This document shows positions 20,409-29,960 of a stretch of 64,000 nucleotides of DNA, piece after piece. Each line of letters opens with the position of its first letter. Within the stretch, counting starts at the first letter, position 1. The notes below the pieces were generated by a model that searched no databases, had not been told where the DNA came from, and worked only from the letters and a program-made list of their open reading frames with translations. This DNA comes from Thermoplasmatales archaeon SW_10_69_26 (GTDB lineage: Archaea > Thermoplasmatota > SW-10-69-26). The position numbers and the translations under genes are program-made. Location of the stretch: positions 65,408-129,407 of the forward strand of contig PXUB01000032.1 in the NCBI GenBank assembly GCA_003009755.1. Direction: 5' to 3'.

Positions 20409-21698
20409 TCAGCCGACCAGGTCCGGCGCGATGTCGAGCACGCGGCCGGCGAGATAGAAGGAACCGAACACGACCACGGCGTCCTCCGGGTTGGCGGTGC
20501 CGAGCATCGTCTTCAGCGCCGTGTGGATGTTGTGGACGGTGCGAACCCGCGAGCAGTGGCGCTCGGCCTCGCCGGCCAGCGCCTTCGCGTTCAGGCCGCG
20601 GTCGCCGCTTCCGGGCGGCTTGGTGACGAACACCTCGCGGCTCTCCGGCGCCATGATCTCCATCATGGAGCCGTAGTCCTTGTCGCGAAGCGCGCCGAAC
20701 ATGATGAAGTAGCGCTCGAACTCCCTCTCCTGCAGGAAGGACCGCAGCGTCTTCACCGCGTCCGGGTTGTGGGCACCGTCGATGATGAACGCCGGCTCCT
20801 TCTGCGCGACGTCCATGCGGCCCGGCAGATCGGTGGCTTCGATCCCGGCGGGCACGCCGGCGTCCTCGGCCTCGAGATCCGTCTCCTCCCGCAGCAGCTG
20901 GAAGGTGTGCGCGGCGAGGGCGGCGTTCTCGGCCATGTGCTCGCCCGGCATCGAGGAATGCAGTTCCCCCCAGGGCGAGTCGGGGATGGTGAACCGGACG
21001 CCGTCGAGGTCGTTGGCCTGGATCTGCGGGGAGCCCAGCGAGCGAAGCACCTTCAGCGGCGCGCGTCGCTTCGCGGCCTCGCTCCACACGGACTTGAGTG
21101 CGAGCCCGTCGGCGCCGGTGACGACCGGCACACCTTTGCGCAGGATGCCGGCCTTCTCGCGGGCGATCTGCTCGTCGCTGGAGCCCAGGTGCTCGGCGTG
21201 CTCGATCCCGACGTTCGTGATGACGGTCGCCTCGGGGTCCCGGAGAACGTTCGTGGCGTCCTTCCTGCCGCCGAGCCCGACCTCGATCACGGCGTAGTCC
21301 ACGTCGGCCTCGGCGAAGTGCACCAGCGCCATGGCCGTCAGGGTCTCGAAGAACGTCGGCTCGAGGCCGGCGTCCTCGGCCTGATCCATGACGCGCTGGG
21401 CGACGTCGGCGAACGTGTCCTCGTCGACGTTCTCCTCGTCGACGCGGATCCGTTCGGTGACGGTGTGGACGTGCGGGCTGGCGTACGTGCCGACGCGCTG
21501 CCCGGCCGAGACGAGCATGTTCGAGAGGAACGCGCACACCGACCCCTTGCCGTTGGTGCCGGCCACGTGCACCGACTCGAACTGGTCCTGGGGGTTGCCC
21601 AGCGCGTCCAGCAGGTTCTCGATCGTGTCGAGCTCGAGGTTGATCTCTCGCTCGCGCAGGGCCTCCAGCCGTTCCATCGTGGACTCTGCCTCAGCCAT
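20409..21698 (-). CDS. folC: Folylpolyglutamate synthase / dihydrofolate synthase
   Basis: Mur-ligase P-loop HVAGTNGKGSVCAF at the expected position; start chosen at MAEAESTMERLEALRE... (21698) rather than the 511-aa track ORF; start/stop overlaps with purN and folP. Confidence 0.85.
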   Translation of the reverse strand: MAEAESTMERLEALREREINLELDTIENLLDALGNPQDQFESVHVAGTNGKGSVCAFLSNMLVSAGQRVGTYASPHVHTVTERIRVDEENVDEDTFADVAQRVMDQAEDAGLEPTFFETLTAMALVHFAEADVDYAVIEVGLGGRKDATNVLRDPEATVITNVGIEHAEHLGSSDEQIAREKAGILRKGVPVVTGADGLALKSVWSEAAKRRAPLKVLRSLGSPQIQANDLDGVRFTIPDSPWGELHSSMPGEHMAENAALAAHTFQLLREETDLEAEDAGVPAGIEATDLPGRMDVAQKEPAFIIDGAHNPDAVKTLRSFLQEREFERYFIMFGALRDKDYGSMMEIMAPESREVFVTKPPGSGDRGLNAKALAGEAERHCSRVRTVHNIHTALKTMLGTANPEDAVVVFGSFYLAGRVLDIAPDLVG

Positions 21699-22344
21699 CG
21701 TCAGCCACCTCCGGTACGATCCTCCCCTCGATGTCGACGTCTCCCTTGATGTGCACCCGTCCGTCCTCGATCGACAGCCGCCCCTCGGCGAACAGGCGGA
21801 CGCTGGCGGGCAGGATCTCGTGCTCGGTCGCGAGGATCCGCTGGCTGAGCTGCTCCCGATCGTCGTCGGGGCGTACCGGGACCGCCGACTGGAGGATGAT
21901 CGGGCCCGCGTCCACCTCTTCGGTGACGAAATGCGTCGTCGCACCAGCGACGCGGACGCCGGCGTCGAGGGCCTGGTGTTGGGCGTCCGTGCCGCGGAAG
22001 GAAGGCAAAAGCGCCGGGTGGATGTTGATCACGCGTTGCGGGAACGCAGAGAGGAACGTGGACGTGAGAATCCGCATGAAGCCGGCCAAGACCACGAGGT
22101 CGACATCGCGGTCCTCGAGCGCGTCGGCCAGCTCGGCGTCGTAGGCCTCGCGGTCCCTGCCGTCGGGGTCGAGGACCATCGTTTCCACGTCGAAGTGTCG
22201 CGCTCGCTCGAGCGCTCGAGCGTCGTCCTGATCGGAGACGACCACCTCGATGGACGCCGGCCCCAACCGGTCCCCCTGCTCGGCTTCGAGCAGGGCTCGG
22301 AGGTTGGTTCCGCGTCCGGAGGCGAGCACGGCGACGGAGAGCAT
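21691..22344 (-). CDS. purN: Phosphoribosylglycinamide formyltransferase
   Basis: MLSVAVLASGRGTNLRALLEAE...INIHPALLPSFRGTDAQHQALDAGVRVAGATTHFVTEEVDAGPII... are PurN motifs. Confidence 0.85.
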   Translation of the reverse strand: MLSVAVLASGRGTNLRALLEAEQGDRLGPASIEVVVSDQDDARALERARHFDVETMVLDPDGRDREAYDAELADALEDRDVDLVVLAGFMRILTSTFLSAFPQRVINIHPALLPSFRGTDAQHQALDAGVRVAGATTHFVTEEVDAGPIILQSAVPVRPDDDREQLSQRILATEHEILPASVRLFAEGRLSIEDGRVHIKGDVDIEGRIVPEVADDG

Positions 22345-22652
22345 CGTGGATAGACCTTCCTCAGTACGTGCCTTAGGCTTGGCGGGTGGTTATACATTTC
22401 CCTCCGAGGGCGCGCAGGCGACCGCTATCCGTGGTAGGACGTGCCTAGGGACGTTCTCGGCGACCGGGAGCCTGGCATGGGTCTCCGGGGCGAGCGCGTT
22501 CGCGGTTCCTGGTGCAAGGGTTATACGGAACCGTCGGGCTCCCAGGCCGCGTGGGTCACGACCAGGTCGACCTCGACACGTTCCTGGAGGAGGGCATCCC
22601 CGAGCCCGCGGACCCGGGCGCGACCGGTGAGCCTTCCTACGTCAGCCACCCG

Positions 22653-24140
22653 ATGGTGGAGCCCGAGACGCTCGAGGAGCGCCCCTACCAGACCGAGCTG
22701 GCCGAGCAGGCCCACGGCCGTCGAACGCTGGTCGTGCTCCCGACCGGGCTCGGCAAGACGATGGTGGCGGCGTTGCTGGCCGCCGAGGTCCTGCAGAACC
22801 GCGAGGGCAAGGTCGTGTTCCTCGCCCCGACCCGGCCGCTGGTCCAACAGCACGAGGAGACCTTCGAGGAGCTGTTGCGCGCCCGGGACCAGGTCGCGCT
22901 CAGCGGCTCGGTCCCCGCCCAGCGTCGGGCCGAGCTCTTCGCGGAGAACCGGGTCATCTTCTCCACGCCCCAGGGCCTGCGCAACGATCTCGAGGCTGGG
23001 CTCGTCGACATCGACGACGTCGGCCTGCTGGTCTTCGACGAGGCCCACCGCGCCGTCGGCGACTACGCCTACGTCGACATCGGGCAACGCTACCGCTACG
23101 CCTGTCCCGAGGGCACCGTCCTCGGTCTCACCGCCTCCCCCGGCGGCGACGAGGAGCGCATCCAGGAGGTCGTCGACAACCTCGGCATCCACGAGATCCT
23201 CAGTCGCGACGCCGAGGACCCCAGCGTCAAGCCCTACGTCAAGGAGACGAAGGTCCGCTGGGTCAAGCTGCAGCTCACGCCTGTGATGGAGGCCGTGCAA
23301 GCCCGGCTGCAGAACGTCGTCGACGAGCGTGCCAAGCCCCTGAAAGAGGCCCGCTACCTCGAGCCCAAGCCCTACGTCTCCCGGACCGACGCGATCGAGG
23401 CCGGCAAGAAGATCCGGGCCGAGCTCGACGACGCCGAGAACAAGGGGCCGCTGTTCGGCATGTTGTTAAACCAGGGCGTCGTCATGCAGGCCCTGCACTG
23501 CCTCGAGCTCGTCGAGACGCAGGGTGTCGAGCCGTTGCAGACGTACCTCGCCCGCCTCATGCAGGACGAGGATCCCTCCCGCAGCGCGGAGGCCTTCGCC
23601 AAGGACCCCCAGGTCACGGACGTCTGGGCCCGCATCCAGGACTGGCCCCACCCCAGCCATCCCAAGATCGAGGCCTTGATCGAGACGTTGACCCGCGAGC
23701 TGGCCGACAACCCCGATGGCCTCGTCATCGTGTTCGCCCAGTACCGGGACACGATCAACTCGATCCTCGAAGCCCTCGAGGACGAGGGCATCGACGCCGA
23801 GAAGTTCGTCGGCCAGTCCGACCGCGACGGCGACGAGGGCATGAGTCAGGACGAGCAAAAGGAGGTGCTCGACCGCATGCGCGCCGGCGAGTTCCGCGTG
23901 CTCGTCGCCTCCAGCGTCGCCGAGGAGGGGCTGGACATCCCCAGCGTGGACCTCGTCGTGTTCTACGAGCCCGTGCCCAGCGAGATCCGGCTCATCCAGC
24001 GCCGCGGCCGCACCGGCCGCCAAAGCGTGGGCCGCATGGTCGTCCTCATCACCGAGGACACCCGCGACGAAGCCTTCATGCACGCCGCCATGAGCCGGGA
24101 GAAGAAGATGCGCCGCCTGGTCAAGGATCTGGGCGACTAG
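22653..24140 (+). CDS. Hef/FANCM-family DEAH-box helicase (helicase domains only)
   Basis: RPYQTELAEQA...LVVLPTGLGKTMVAALLAAE..., DEAH box FDEAHRAVGDYAY and helicase C (QRRGRTGRQ). Start at ATG 22653 by alignment to Hef N-termini; track ORF begins 22512. Confidence 0.75.
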   Translation: MVEPETLEERPYQTELAEQAHGRRTLVVLPTGLGKTMVAALLAAEVLQNREGKVVFLAPTRPLVQQHEETFEELLRARDQVALSGSVPAQRRAELFAENRVIFSTPQGLRNDLEAGLVDIDDVGLLVFDEAHRAVGDYAYVDIGQRYRYACPEGTVLGLTASPGGDEERIQEVVDNLGIHEILSRDAEDPSVKPYVKETKVRWVKLQLTPVMEAVQARLQNVVDERAKPLKEARYLEPKPYVSRTDAIEAGKKIRAELDDAENKGPLFGMLLNQGVVMQALHCLELVETQGVEPLQTYLARLMQDEDPSRSAEAFAKDPQVTDVWARIQDWPHPSHPKIEALIETLTRELADNPDGLVIVFAQYRDTINSILEALEDEGIDAEKFVGQSDRDGDEGMSQDEQKEVLDRMRAGEFRVLVASSVAEEGLDIPSVDLVVFYEPVPSEIRLIQRRGRTGRQSVGRMVVLITEDTRDEAFMHAAMSREKKMRRLVKDLGD

Positions 24141-24155
24141 ACTGCCGGACAGAAT

Positions 24156-24683
24156 GTGCGTAACTTATCGTGGCGTCCGATACTAACTCAAATAGGGGTG
24201 GGATGCCCTGTCAGCCTTGACGCTGACCCCGACCAAAAGGAACAACGACGCCTCGCCGCAGGCCAAGATCTACTGGACGGCAAACGCCAAGCCGACATCG
24301 CCGAAGGCTACGGCGCCACCCGCACCACCGCCCACCGCTGGGCGCACACCGTCGGAACCGAAGGCCTCGACGGCCTGAAAAGCACACGCACCAACGCCGG
24401 ACGACCCCCGAAACTCGACGCCGAGAACAAACAACGCCTCGCCGAACTTCTCCAACGAGGCGCCCAAGCCCACGGCTGGGACACCGATCTGTGGACCCGC
24501 AAACGTGTGGCCCAGCTGATCGACCGGGCGTTCGACGTCGACTACTCTCCCCGACACTGCTCGCGGATTCTGCACGAGATCGGGTTCCGCCCGGTCAAAC
24601 CCAAGCGCGTGGCCAACGAAAAGGACGAGGCCGAAAAACAGCGCTGGCTGGCCGAGGAGGCTGGAGAGCTGAAAAAAACCTAG
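24156..24683 (+). CDS. IS630-family transposase, N-terminal HTH part (orfA)
   Basis: Helix-turn-helix DNA-binding region ...GKRQADIAEGYGATRTTAHRWAH...; ends at TAG just after GCTGAAAAAAACC. Confidence 0.8.
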   Translation: MRNLSWRPILTQIGVGCPVSLDADPDQKEQRRLAAGQDLLDGKRQADIAEGYGATRTTAHRWAHTVGTEGLDGLKSTRTNAGRPPKLDAENKQRLAELLQRGAQAHGWDTDLWTRKRVAQLIDRAFDVDYSPRHCSRILHEIGFRPVKPKRVANEKDEAEKQRWLAEEAGELKKT

Positions 24684-25255
24684 CCGACGGTGCAACCGTC
24701 CTGTTCCCGGACGAGAGCACCTACCGCTTCACCCCCGTCCGCCAGCGCGGCTGGGCGCCCTACGGACAGCGACCGACCGTCGAGCACACCTACGGGGACT
24801 GGTGGACGGTGAGCGCGATCAGCGCCTTGGCGATCTGGATCGAGCCCGATGGCTCGTTAGGCACGAAGGTCTTCTTCCGGTTGTACCCGAAGGAGAGCGT
24901 GAACAGTCGACACCTCCGGGATTTCCTGCACCAGGTTCGCTACCAGCGCGAGGGCGAGATCAGCGTGGTGTGGGATCGCGCCAGCCATCACCGCGCCCGG
25001 CGGGTGCAGCGGTTCTTCGCTTCCTACGAGCGGTTCAGCTCGGTGTTGTTGCCGGCATATTGTCCAGAGTTGAACTCGGACGAGGGGGTGTGGAATTGGT
25101 CGAAGACCAAGGATCTGGCCAACGCCTGTCCGAAGGATGTGGATGCCCTGGTGTCGGGGGTTCGAGGGCCCTTGCGTCGGCTCCAGCATCGACCGAGTGC
25201 GCAGTGGTGGTGTGTGCACGACTCCGAGTTCCCGATCGAAGAGTTACTCACATAA
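24683..25255 (+). CDS. IS630-family transposase, DDE catalytic part (orfB, expressed by -1 frameshift at the A7 run 24672-24678)
   Basis: Frame continuing from the A7 run reads ...DESTYRFTPVRQRGWAPYGQRP...VVWDRASHHRARRVQRF...LLPAYCPELNSDEGVWNW... (DDE motif block of IS630/Tc1). Confidence 0.75.
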   Translation, partial: ADGATVLFPDESTYRFTPVRQRGWAPYGQRPTVEHTYGDWWTVSAISALAIWIEPDGSLGTKVFFRLYPKESVNSRHLRDFLHQVRYQREGEISVVWDRASHHRARRVQRFFASYERFSSVLLPAYCPELNSDEGVWNWSKTKDLANACPKDVDALVSGVRGPLRRLQHRPSAQWWCVHDSEFPIEELLT

Positions 25256-25266
25256 TGACCGGCAGT

Positions 25267-27048
25267 CTAACCGCTTTCGGTGGCGACCGAGAGGTCGCGG
25301 TCGAGCATCGCCCCCCACACCCCCCGCGGTGTCCGGCTGCAATCCGTGCACGCGAGATCGGGATCCTCGTACCGGTCACCGGTCCCGTCCCCGTCGACCA
25401 GCAACCCGTTCTCGCCGTTCCAGTCACCGTGCATGCAGGGGTCATCGCAGGCGAGGTCCTCCCCCACGGCGGCCCGGTAGGCGTCCACGCCCCCGAGGTC
25501 CACCAGCGAGGACCCCCAGCCGGCGGTCGCTCCACCGTTGGTCCCCCAAACGCCCGGGTAGGTCTCGCAGCGGGCTTGGCACAGCGCGTGGACGTCGACG
25601 CCGGCCTCGTAGACGTCATCGCCGCCGGCGTCCACCAGGCGTCCGACACCGAGGTGCCCTCCCCCGTTGGCCCCATGCCCTCCGGCGATGCTCAGGCATC
25701 GGCTGAGATGGGAGGCGTCGCCCAGACACTCGGTCGTGGCGTTCGTCCCGGCCTGGTACACGTCGTCGCCGTCCGAGGAGACGAGACTGCCCGAGCCGGA
25801 ATAGCCGCCGCCGTTCACGCCTAGGCCTCCGGCCACCGCCGAGCACTTGGACCCCTCGCAGGTGACCGATGCGTTGACGCCGGCGAGGAACGCGTCCTCG
25901 CCCCCGCCGTCGATCAGCGAACCAACGCCGACGTGGGCGCCGCCGTTGACGCCTGCGCTGCCGGCGCGGGCCACACAGAACTCCGCCTCGCACCGCTCCT
26001 CCGCCTCGTGCCCGGCGAGGTAGCGGTCGGTTCCCTCGCCTGCGTCGACGAGTAAGCCGATCCCGTTGTCCGCTCCGCCGTTGACGCCGCGTGCGTTCGC
26101 GTGGTAGGTGTCGTTGCCGGTGGCGTCCACGAGCACGCCCGTGCCCTCGAACCCGCCGCCGTTGACGCCACAGCACCGCGGATCGCTTGGCTGGCCGTAC
26201 GTGTCGTCGCCGCCGAGGTCCACGACCGCCGCGGCGGGGAACGTTGCGCCGGTGCCGCCGGCGTTGTTCTCGTACTCGTCGTCGCCTCCGAAGCTCACGA
26301 TGAGCGCGCAGTCGTTCGCAAACGTGCGGCTCTCGTCACTGGTGTCGAGGGCGACGGCAGGGCATGCGTCGACGGCCGGACGAGCCGCGGAGGTCGAAGA
26401 TTCCGCTACCATGGCCAAGTTCTCCACCGCATTCAGGAAAGCGGACCGAGCGGCGAAGACGTCGGCGAGTTCGCCGCCCTCGACGTGGGGGAAGGGATCG
26501 AGGCCCCCGTCGAAACCAGGAACCGCCCCCGTCCCGGCAGCTGGTGAAAGGCGAGCAGGGGAGGCTTGGTCGTCGGTGAGCTTTTTGGCCACGCTGGTAT
26601 CCGACACGGCCTCGAGCCGGAGGAACGTCGTGACGAGGTCGGCAAGCGCGTCCGCGAGACCCGGGGACCGTTGCTCGACGATCTGGGCGGCGAGGCGATC
26701 CCCGAGGTCGAGGATCGTCGCGTGGCGGTGGGTCAGGGATTCGAGGGCCGCGAACAAGGACGACGCCGAGCCCGTTGTCGGAGGTTCGTCCGACGGGATG
26801 CCGAGATCCCCGCTCTGCTGACGAGCCACGGCCTCGGCCACGTCCAGCGATGCAACAGCTGGAATCTCATCTTCGGTATCCGACGCGCCCTCGTCCGCGA
26901 TCCCGGCTCCGTGGGCGTCGCTCACCCTTTCCGGAACGAGGGTACCGGCCGCACTCGCCGCGGGAGCGAGGATCATCACAACAGCGAGGGCGACCGAAAC
27001 GCCCCTCAGCCGCCGAGCACGTTGGCCGAAAGAGAGGATATCCGTCAC
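25267..27048 (-). CDS. Secreted beta-solenoid repeat protein with about eight ~30-aa GVNGG repeats
   Basis: Signal peptide ...VSVALAVVMILAPAASAAG; repeats of form GVNGGxxxGxGxLVDxxGxDxYxAG; many Cys pairs; stop codon overlaps the TA target of the IS630 element. Confidence 0.65.
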   Translation of the reverse strand: MTDILSFGQRARRLRGVSVALAVVMILAPAASAAGTLVPERVSDAHGAGIADEGASDTEDEIPAVASLDVAEAVARQQSGDLGIPSDEPPTTGSASSLFAALESLTHRHATILDLGDRLAAQIVEQRSPGLADALADLVTTFLRLEAVSDTSVAKKLTDDQASPARLSPAAGTGAVPGFDGGLDPFPHVEGGELADVFAARSAFLNAVENLAMVAESSTSAARPAVDACPAVALDTSDESRTFANDCALIVSFGGDDEYENNAGGTGATFPAAAVVDLGGDDTYGQPSDPRCCGVNGGGFEGTGVLVDATGNDTYHANARGVNGGADNGIGLLVDAGEGTDRYLAGHEAEERCEAEFCVARAGSAGVNGGAHVGVGSLIDGGGEDAFLAGVNASVTCEGSKCSAVAGGLGVNGGGYSGSGSLVSSDGDDVYQAGTNATTECLGDASHLSRCLSIAGGHGANGGGHLGVGRLVDAGGDDVYEAGVDVHALCQARCETYPGVWGTNGGATAGWGSSLVDLGGVDAYRAAVGEDLACDDPCMHGDWNGENGLLVDGDGTGDRYEDPDLACTDCSRTPRGVWGAMLDRDLSVATESG

Positions 27049-27319
27049 GTCACCCAGCCTCGTTGCGGTGGTTGGGATGCAGCCCTTTCAAGGCTTCGTT
27101 GTCACAGCCCGAGGGGGAATCGCGTGCCGTCATCGAATGCGCTGGCGCACCCGCCATCCGGGCAGGGACGGTTCCGGGACGGCGTGTCCGCCGCCGACCA
27201 AGGCCGGGACAGCGGGGGCGATCATCAACAGGCCAACCAGGACGGCGCGGACCCTGACGAACATCGAGCAAGAAGGCTTAGCCGGACCCTATCAGGGTTC
27301 TCCGAGTGCGCCTAAACCG

Positions 27320-28705
27320 TCACTCTTCTCGTCCCTCGCCGCCGGGCACGTCCTCGGGCCCGATACCCAACAACCGCGGCAATGGATCGAACAGCGCCCG
27401 CTCAACCGTCGCCTGATCCACGGCCGCCTCCGAGGAACTACGCGTCCCGTTGTCCCGATGATCGTTGACCCCGTAGACACGGTACTCGTCATCCCCCGTG
27501 AGCTCGAAGCTCGTCCGCCAGGACGTCACACTCGGGTCCAGGTGCGCCACGGGTTGCCACGGGCTCGGGGCCTCGAACGTCGCGTTGGACCGGCGTTCGA
27601 CCACGTACCCCGTCAACACCGAATACGAGGTGGGTTTGGGCGGATCCCACGTGACCTCCGTGCTGAACGCATCGCCCTCGCGAACCGGTTCGACATCCAA
27701 ATCTCGGGGCGCGTTCGGCTCCAACGAGTAATGCACGATCTCCGCCAAATCCCCCCGCTCGAACGCCTGGGACCCGCCAAGCAGGATCGCTTGCCGGCCG
27801 GTCCACACGGCGGTCGCCTGGTCACGACCCGTGGGCAACCGGCTATCCATGAACCGGATCTCCTCCTCCCCCGGATCGACCCGCAGGATCGAGGCCTTGC
27901 TCACCCCGTCGTTGATCCCCCCAAGCACGAACGCGTGATGCCCATCCCACACGGCGCTCGGGGCCCGCAACGAAACGTTGAGCTTCACGTCCTGCAACTG
28001 AAGGGTGTCTGTATCGGGGTCGAAGCGCCAGATATCATCGCACTCGCCCGGGCAGCCAGTCCCCCCGAACAGGTAGGCCTCCTCGCCCGTCCACACCGAC
28101 GCCATCCTTTCACGCGGACCGGGGAAGCTCTCCTCCAGCTTCGTTACCGTATCGTTCACCGGATCATAGCGCAAAATCTGGTCCAGGGGAGTGAACGCGT
28201 CCCGGCCACCGAAGATGTAGGCGCGATCGCCGGTCCAGACCGTCGTCGCATCTATCGGATCGTTCGGTAGCGTGGCGTTCATTTCCTCGACCGTGTCCGT
28301 GGACGGGTCATACCGGGTCACGGTGTCCGTCCAGAACACGTACGCACAACCCTCGGGACAGCCTGCCTCCGGCCGCGAGCGATCATCCCACACCGCGGTC
28401 GCACTCGATCCCGTCCAGGGCAACCGGGCATCCATCACCGTCGCGTTGCCCGTATCCGGTTCGTAGCGAACGATCTCGTCACTGAAATCGCTGGACCCAC
28501 CAGTCCGGTTCAAACCCCCGAACACGTACACCGCCTCTCCCGTCCACACGGACGACGGGTTCTTCAACCCCTGCGGCAACTCGGCTTCGACGCTGGCCGT
28601 GTCCGCGCTCGCCGACGGCGCGATGAGGGCGACCACGGCCACGGCAGCCAACAAACCGACGCCGCCAGCGATCCAGGCACCTCCCATCGGTTCTCCCTCG
28701 AACAT
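27320..28705 (-). CDS. Secreted Kelch-repeat beta-propeller protein with C-terminal fibronectin-III-like domain
   Basis: Start chosen at MFEGEPMGGAWIAGGVGLLAAVAVVALIAPSASA; six Kelch-like repeats (VWTGxxAYVFGG pattern); C-terminal FN3-like ...PRDLDVEPVREGDAFSTEVTWDPP...YRVYGVND... Confidence 0.7.
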   Translation of the reverse strand: MFEGEPMGGAWIAGGVGLLAAVAVVALIAPSASADTASVEAELPQGLKNPSSVWTGEAVYVFGGLNRTGGSSDFSDEIVRYEPDTGNATVMDARLPWTGSSATAVWDDRSRPEAGCPEGCAYVFWTDTVTRYDPSTDTVEEMNATLPNDPIDATTVWTGDRAYIFGGRDAFTPLDQILRYDPVNDTVTKLEESFPGPRERMASVWTGEEAYLFGGTGCPGECDDIWRFDPDTDTLQLQDVKLNVSLRAPSAVWDGHHAFVLGGINDGVSKASILRVDPGEEEIRFMDSRLPTGRDQATAVWTGRQAILLGGSQAFERGDLAEIVHYSLEPNAPRDLDVEPVREGDAFSTEVTWDPPKPTSYSVLTGYVVERRSNATFEAPSPWQPVAHLDPSVTSWRTSFELTGDDEYRVYGVNDHRDNGTRSSSEAAVDQATVERALFDPLPRLLGIGPEDVPGGEGREE

Positions 28706-28855
28706 CGGCCAGGAGCCGCATAGACCCCCGCCTGTCACGTCCAATCGTAACACCGCCCTTGGCCAAAGGCATTCTCCAAGCGCGTGTGAACCGTCATCGA
28801 AGCCAAACCAAGCCCGAAGACAACTTATCACCAACTCAATTGGTCAATCGGGCTT

Positions 28856-29960
28856 GCACATAAACTCAGTTCTGACCTGACCGAGCGTCCCATCAATCCA
28901 ACAACCGAACGTTGTGCACGATCTCCCGCGCCAACACCGTGTTCCGCCGACTGGTCCGCAGCCGGCAGCGGAGACGATCGCCGAACAGCAGCTTGACCGT
29001 GGCAAACCGGGACTCCGCGGTCACCCGGCGACGGTACACGTCCTGAAACCGATTGGGGAAGTTGAGCGCGTATCGGGTCTTCTTCTCGAACGGATCGGAA
29101 GGGAACCGCCACCAGCGAGCGTTGCTCTTCGGCTTGAAGTAGGGCTGCAACCCGGCGTCTTTGACGAGCTGGCAGTTGTCCCGGGTCCAATACGCCTTGT
29201 CGCCCAACACGGCGTGGACGGCTGCTTCGTCAGGCACCTCGTCGATCAGCTCGGGCAGCTCTTGGCTGTCGTGCCGGTGCCCGGGCGTCAACGAGACAGC
29301 CAACGTGGCCCGGGTCTTGACGCCGTTGAGCACGTGCGTTTTGGCGTACTGGCGAGGCTCAGCGTCGTGTTCTCGCGCATGCCAGGCACCTTGTCCGGTG
29401 AGCACGAGACCCGAGGCATCCACGCTGGCGTTCTCTTCGAGGCTCCAGAAGGGCTGAGCGGTCTCCGCCAGCACTCGCTGAAGCGTGTTCGTGATCCCCG
29501 TTCTTGGTTGTACTGGCACAGCGTGTTGAAATGGGGCACGTGCTCGATGTCCAGATGGGGCTTGAGCAGGTAAAGCAGGCCTTCGGTGCGGCGGAAGCTG
29601 AGATCGAAGTACGCCCGGACCAGCAAGCCCAAGATGACGGTGCGGCGCGGGATCCGGGGCCGGCCGGTGTTGTAGGACCAGTTGTGGATGCAGCTGGCAT
29701 CCACGAGGTCTCGGAGACGGTGCACCACGCGCACCATCTCGCGGGCTTGCCACGTGTTGTATGTGCTCCAGTCGAAGCCGTTGTCGGTGGGTTCAAGCGT
29801 GTGCTGTTCTTCTGTTGTCACTCGGGCATCCATCCCAGCTCGATGGCTCTCGAGCGGGCTTCTCAGGGATGCCCCGTTTTGTCAACGGCAGTGGTTTGTA
29901 TCGCGTCAGCTGGGCTCGTAGCCCACTTTATGTGCGAGCCCCGGCCGAAGGCTGAGTTTC
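28856..29960 (-). mobile_element. IS4/IS5-superfamily insertion sequence, ends approximate
   Basis: DDE_Tnp_1-type transposase between short matching termini (left GCACATAAACTCAG at 28856-28869; right carries TTTATGTGC at 29926-29934 and CTGAGTTT at 29952-29959). The exact ends could not be resolved by eye. Confidence 0.55.
28893..29833 (-). pseudogene. IS4/IS5-superfamily DDE transposase split over two frames (frameshift near 29530-29600)
   Basis: N-terminal frame MDARVTTEEQHTLEPTDNGFDWSTYNTWQAREMVRVVHRL... ends about 29530. The C-terminal frame carries ...GDKAYWTRDNCQLVKDAGLQPYF...VYRRRVTAESRFATVKLLFG... (DDE and YRRR/ExxF signature). Confidence 0.7.

Larger units (their letters stand above)
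24140..25267 (+). mobile_element. IS630-family insertion sequence (1128 bp) flanked by TA target duplication
   Basis: Imperfect terminal IRs GACTGCCGGACAGAATGTG / CACATAATGACCGGCAGTC; TA at 24138-24139 and 25268-25269; two-ORF transposase joined at an A7 slippery run. Confidence 0.85.

Noticed and set aside
27122-27256. 44-aa minus-strand ORF with signal-peptide-like N-terminus (MFVRVRAVLVGLLMIAPAVPALVGG...)
   Set aside because: Very short, no supporting features; could be chance in GC-rich intergenic DNA
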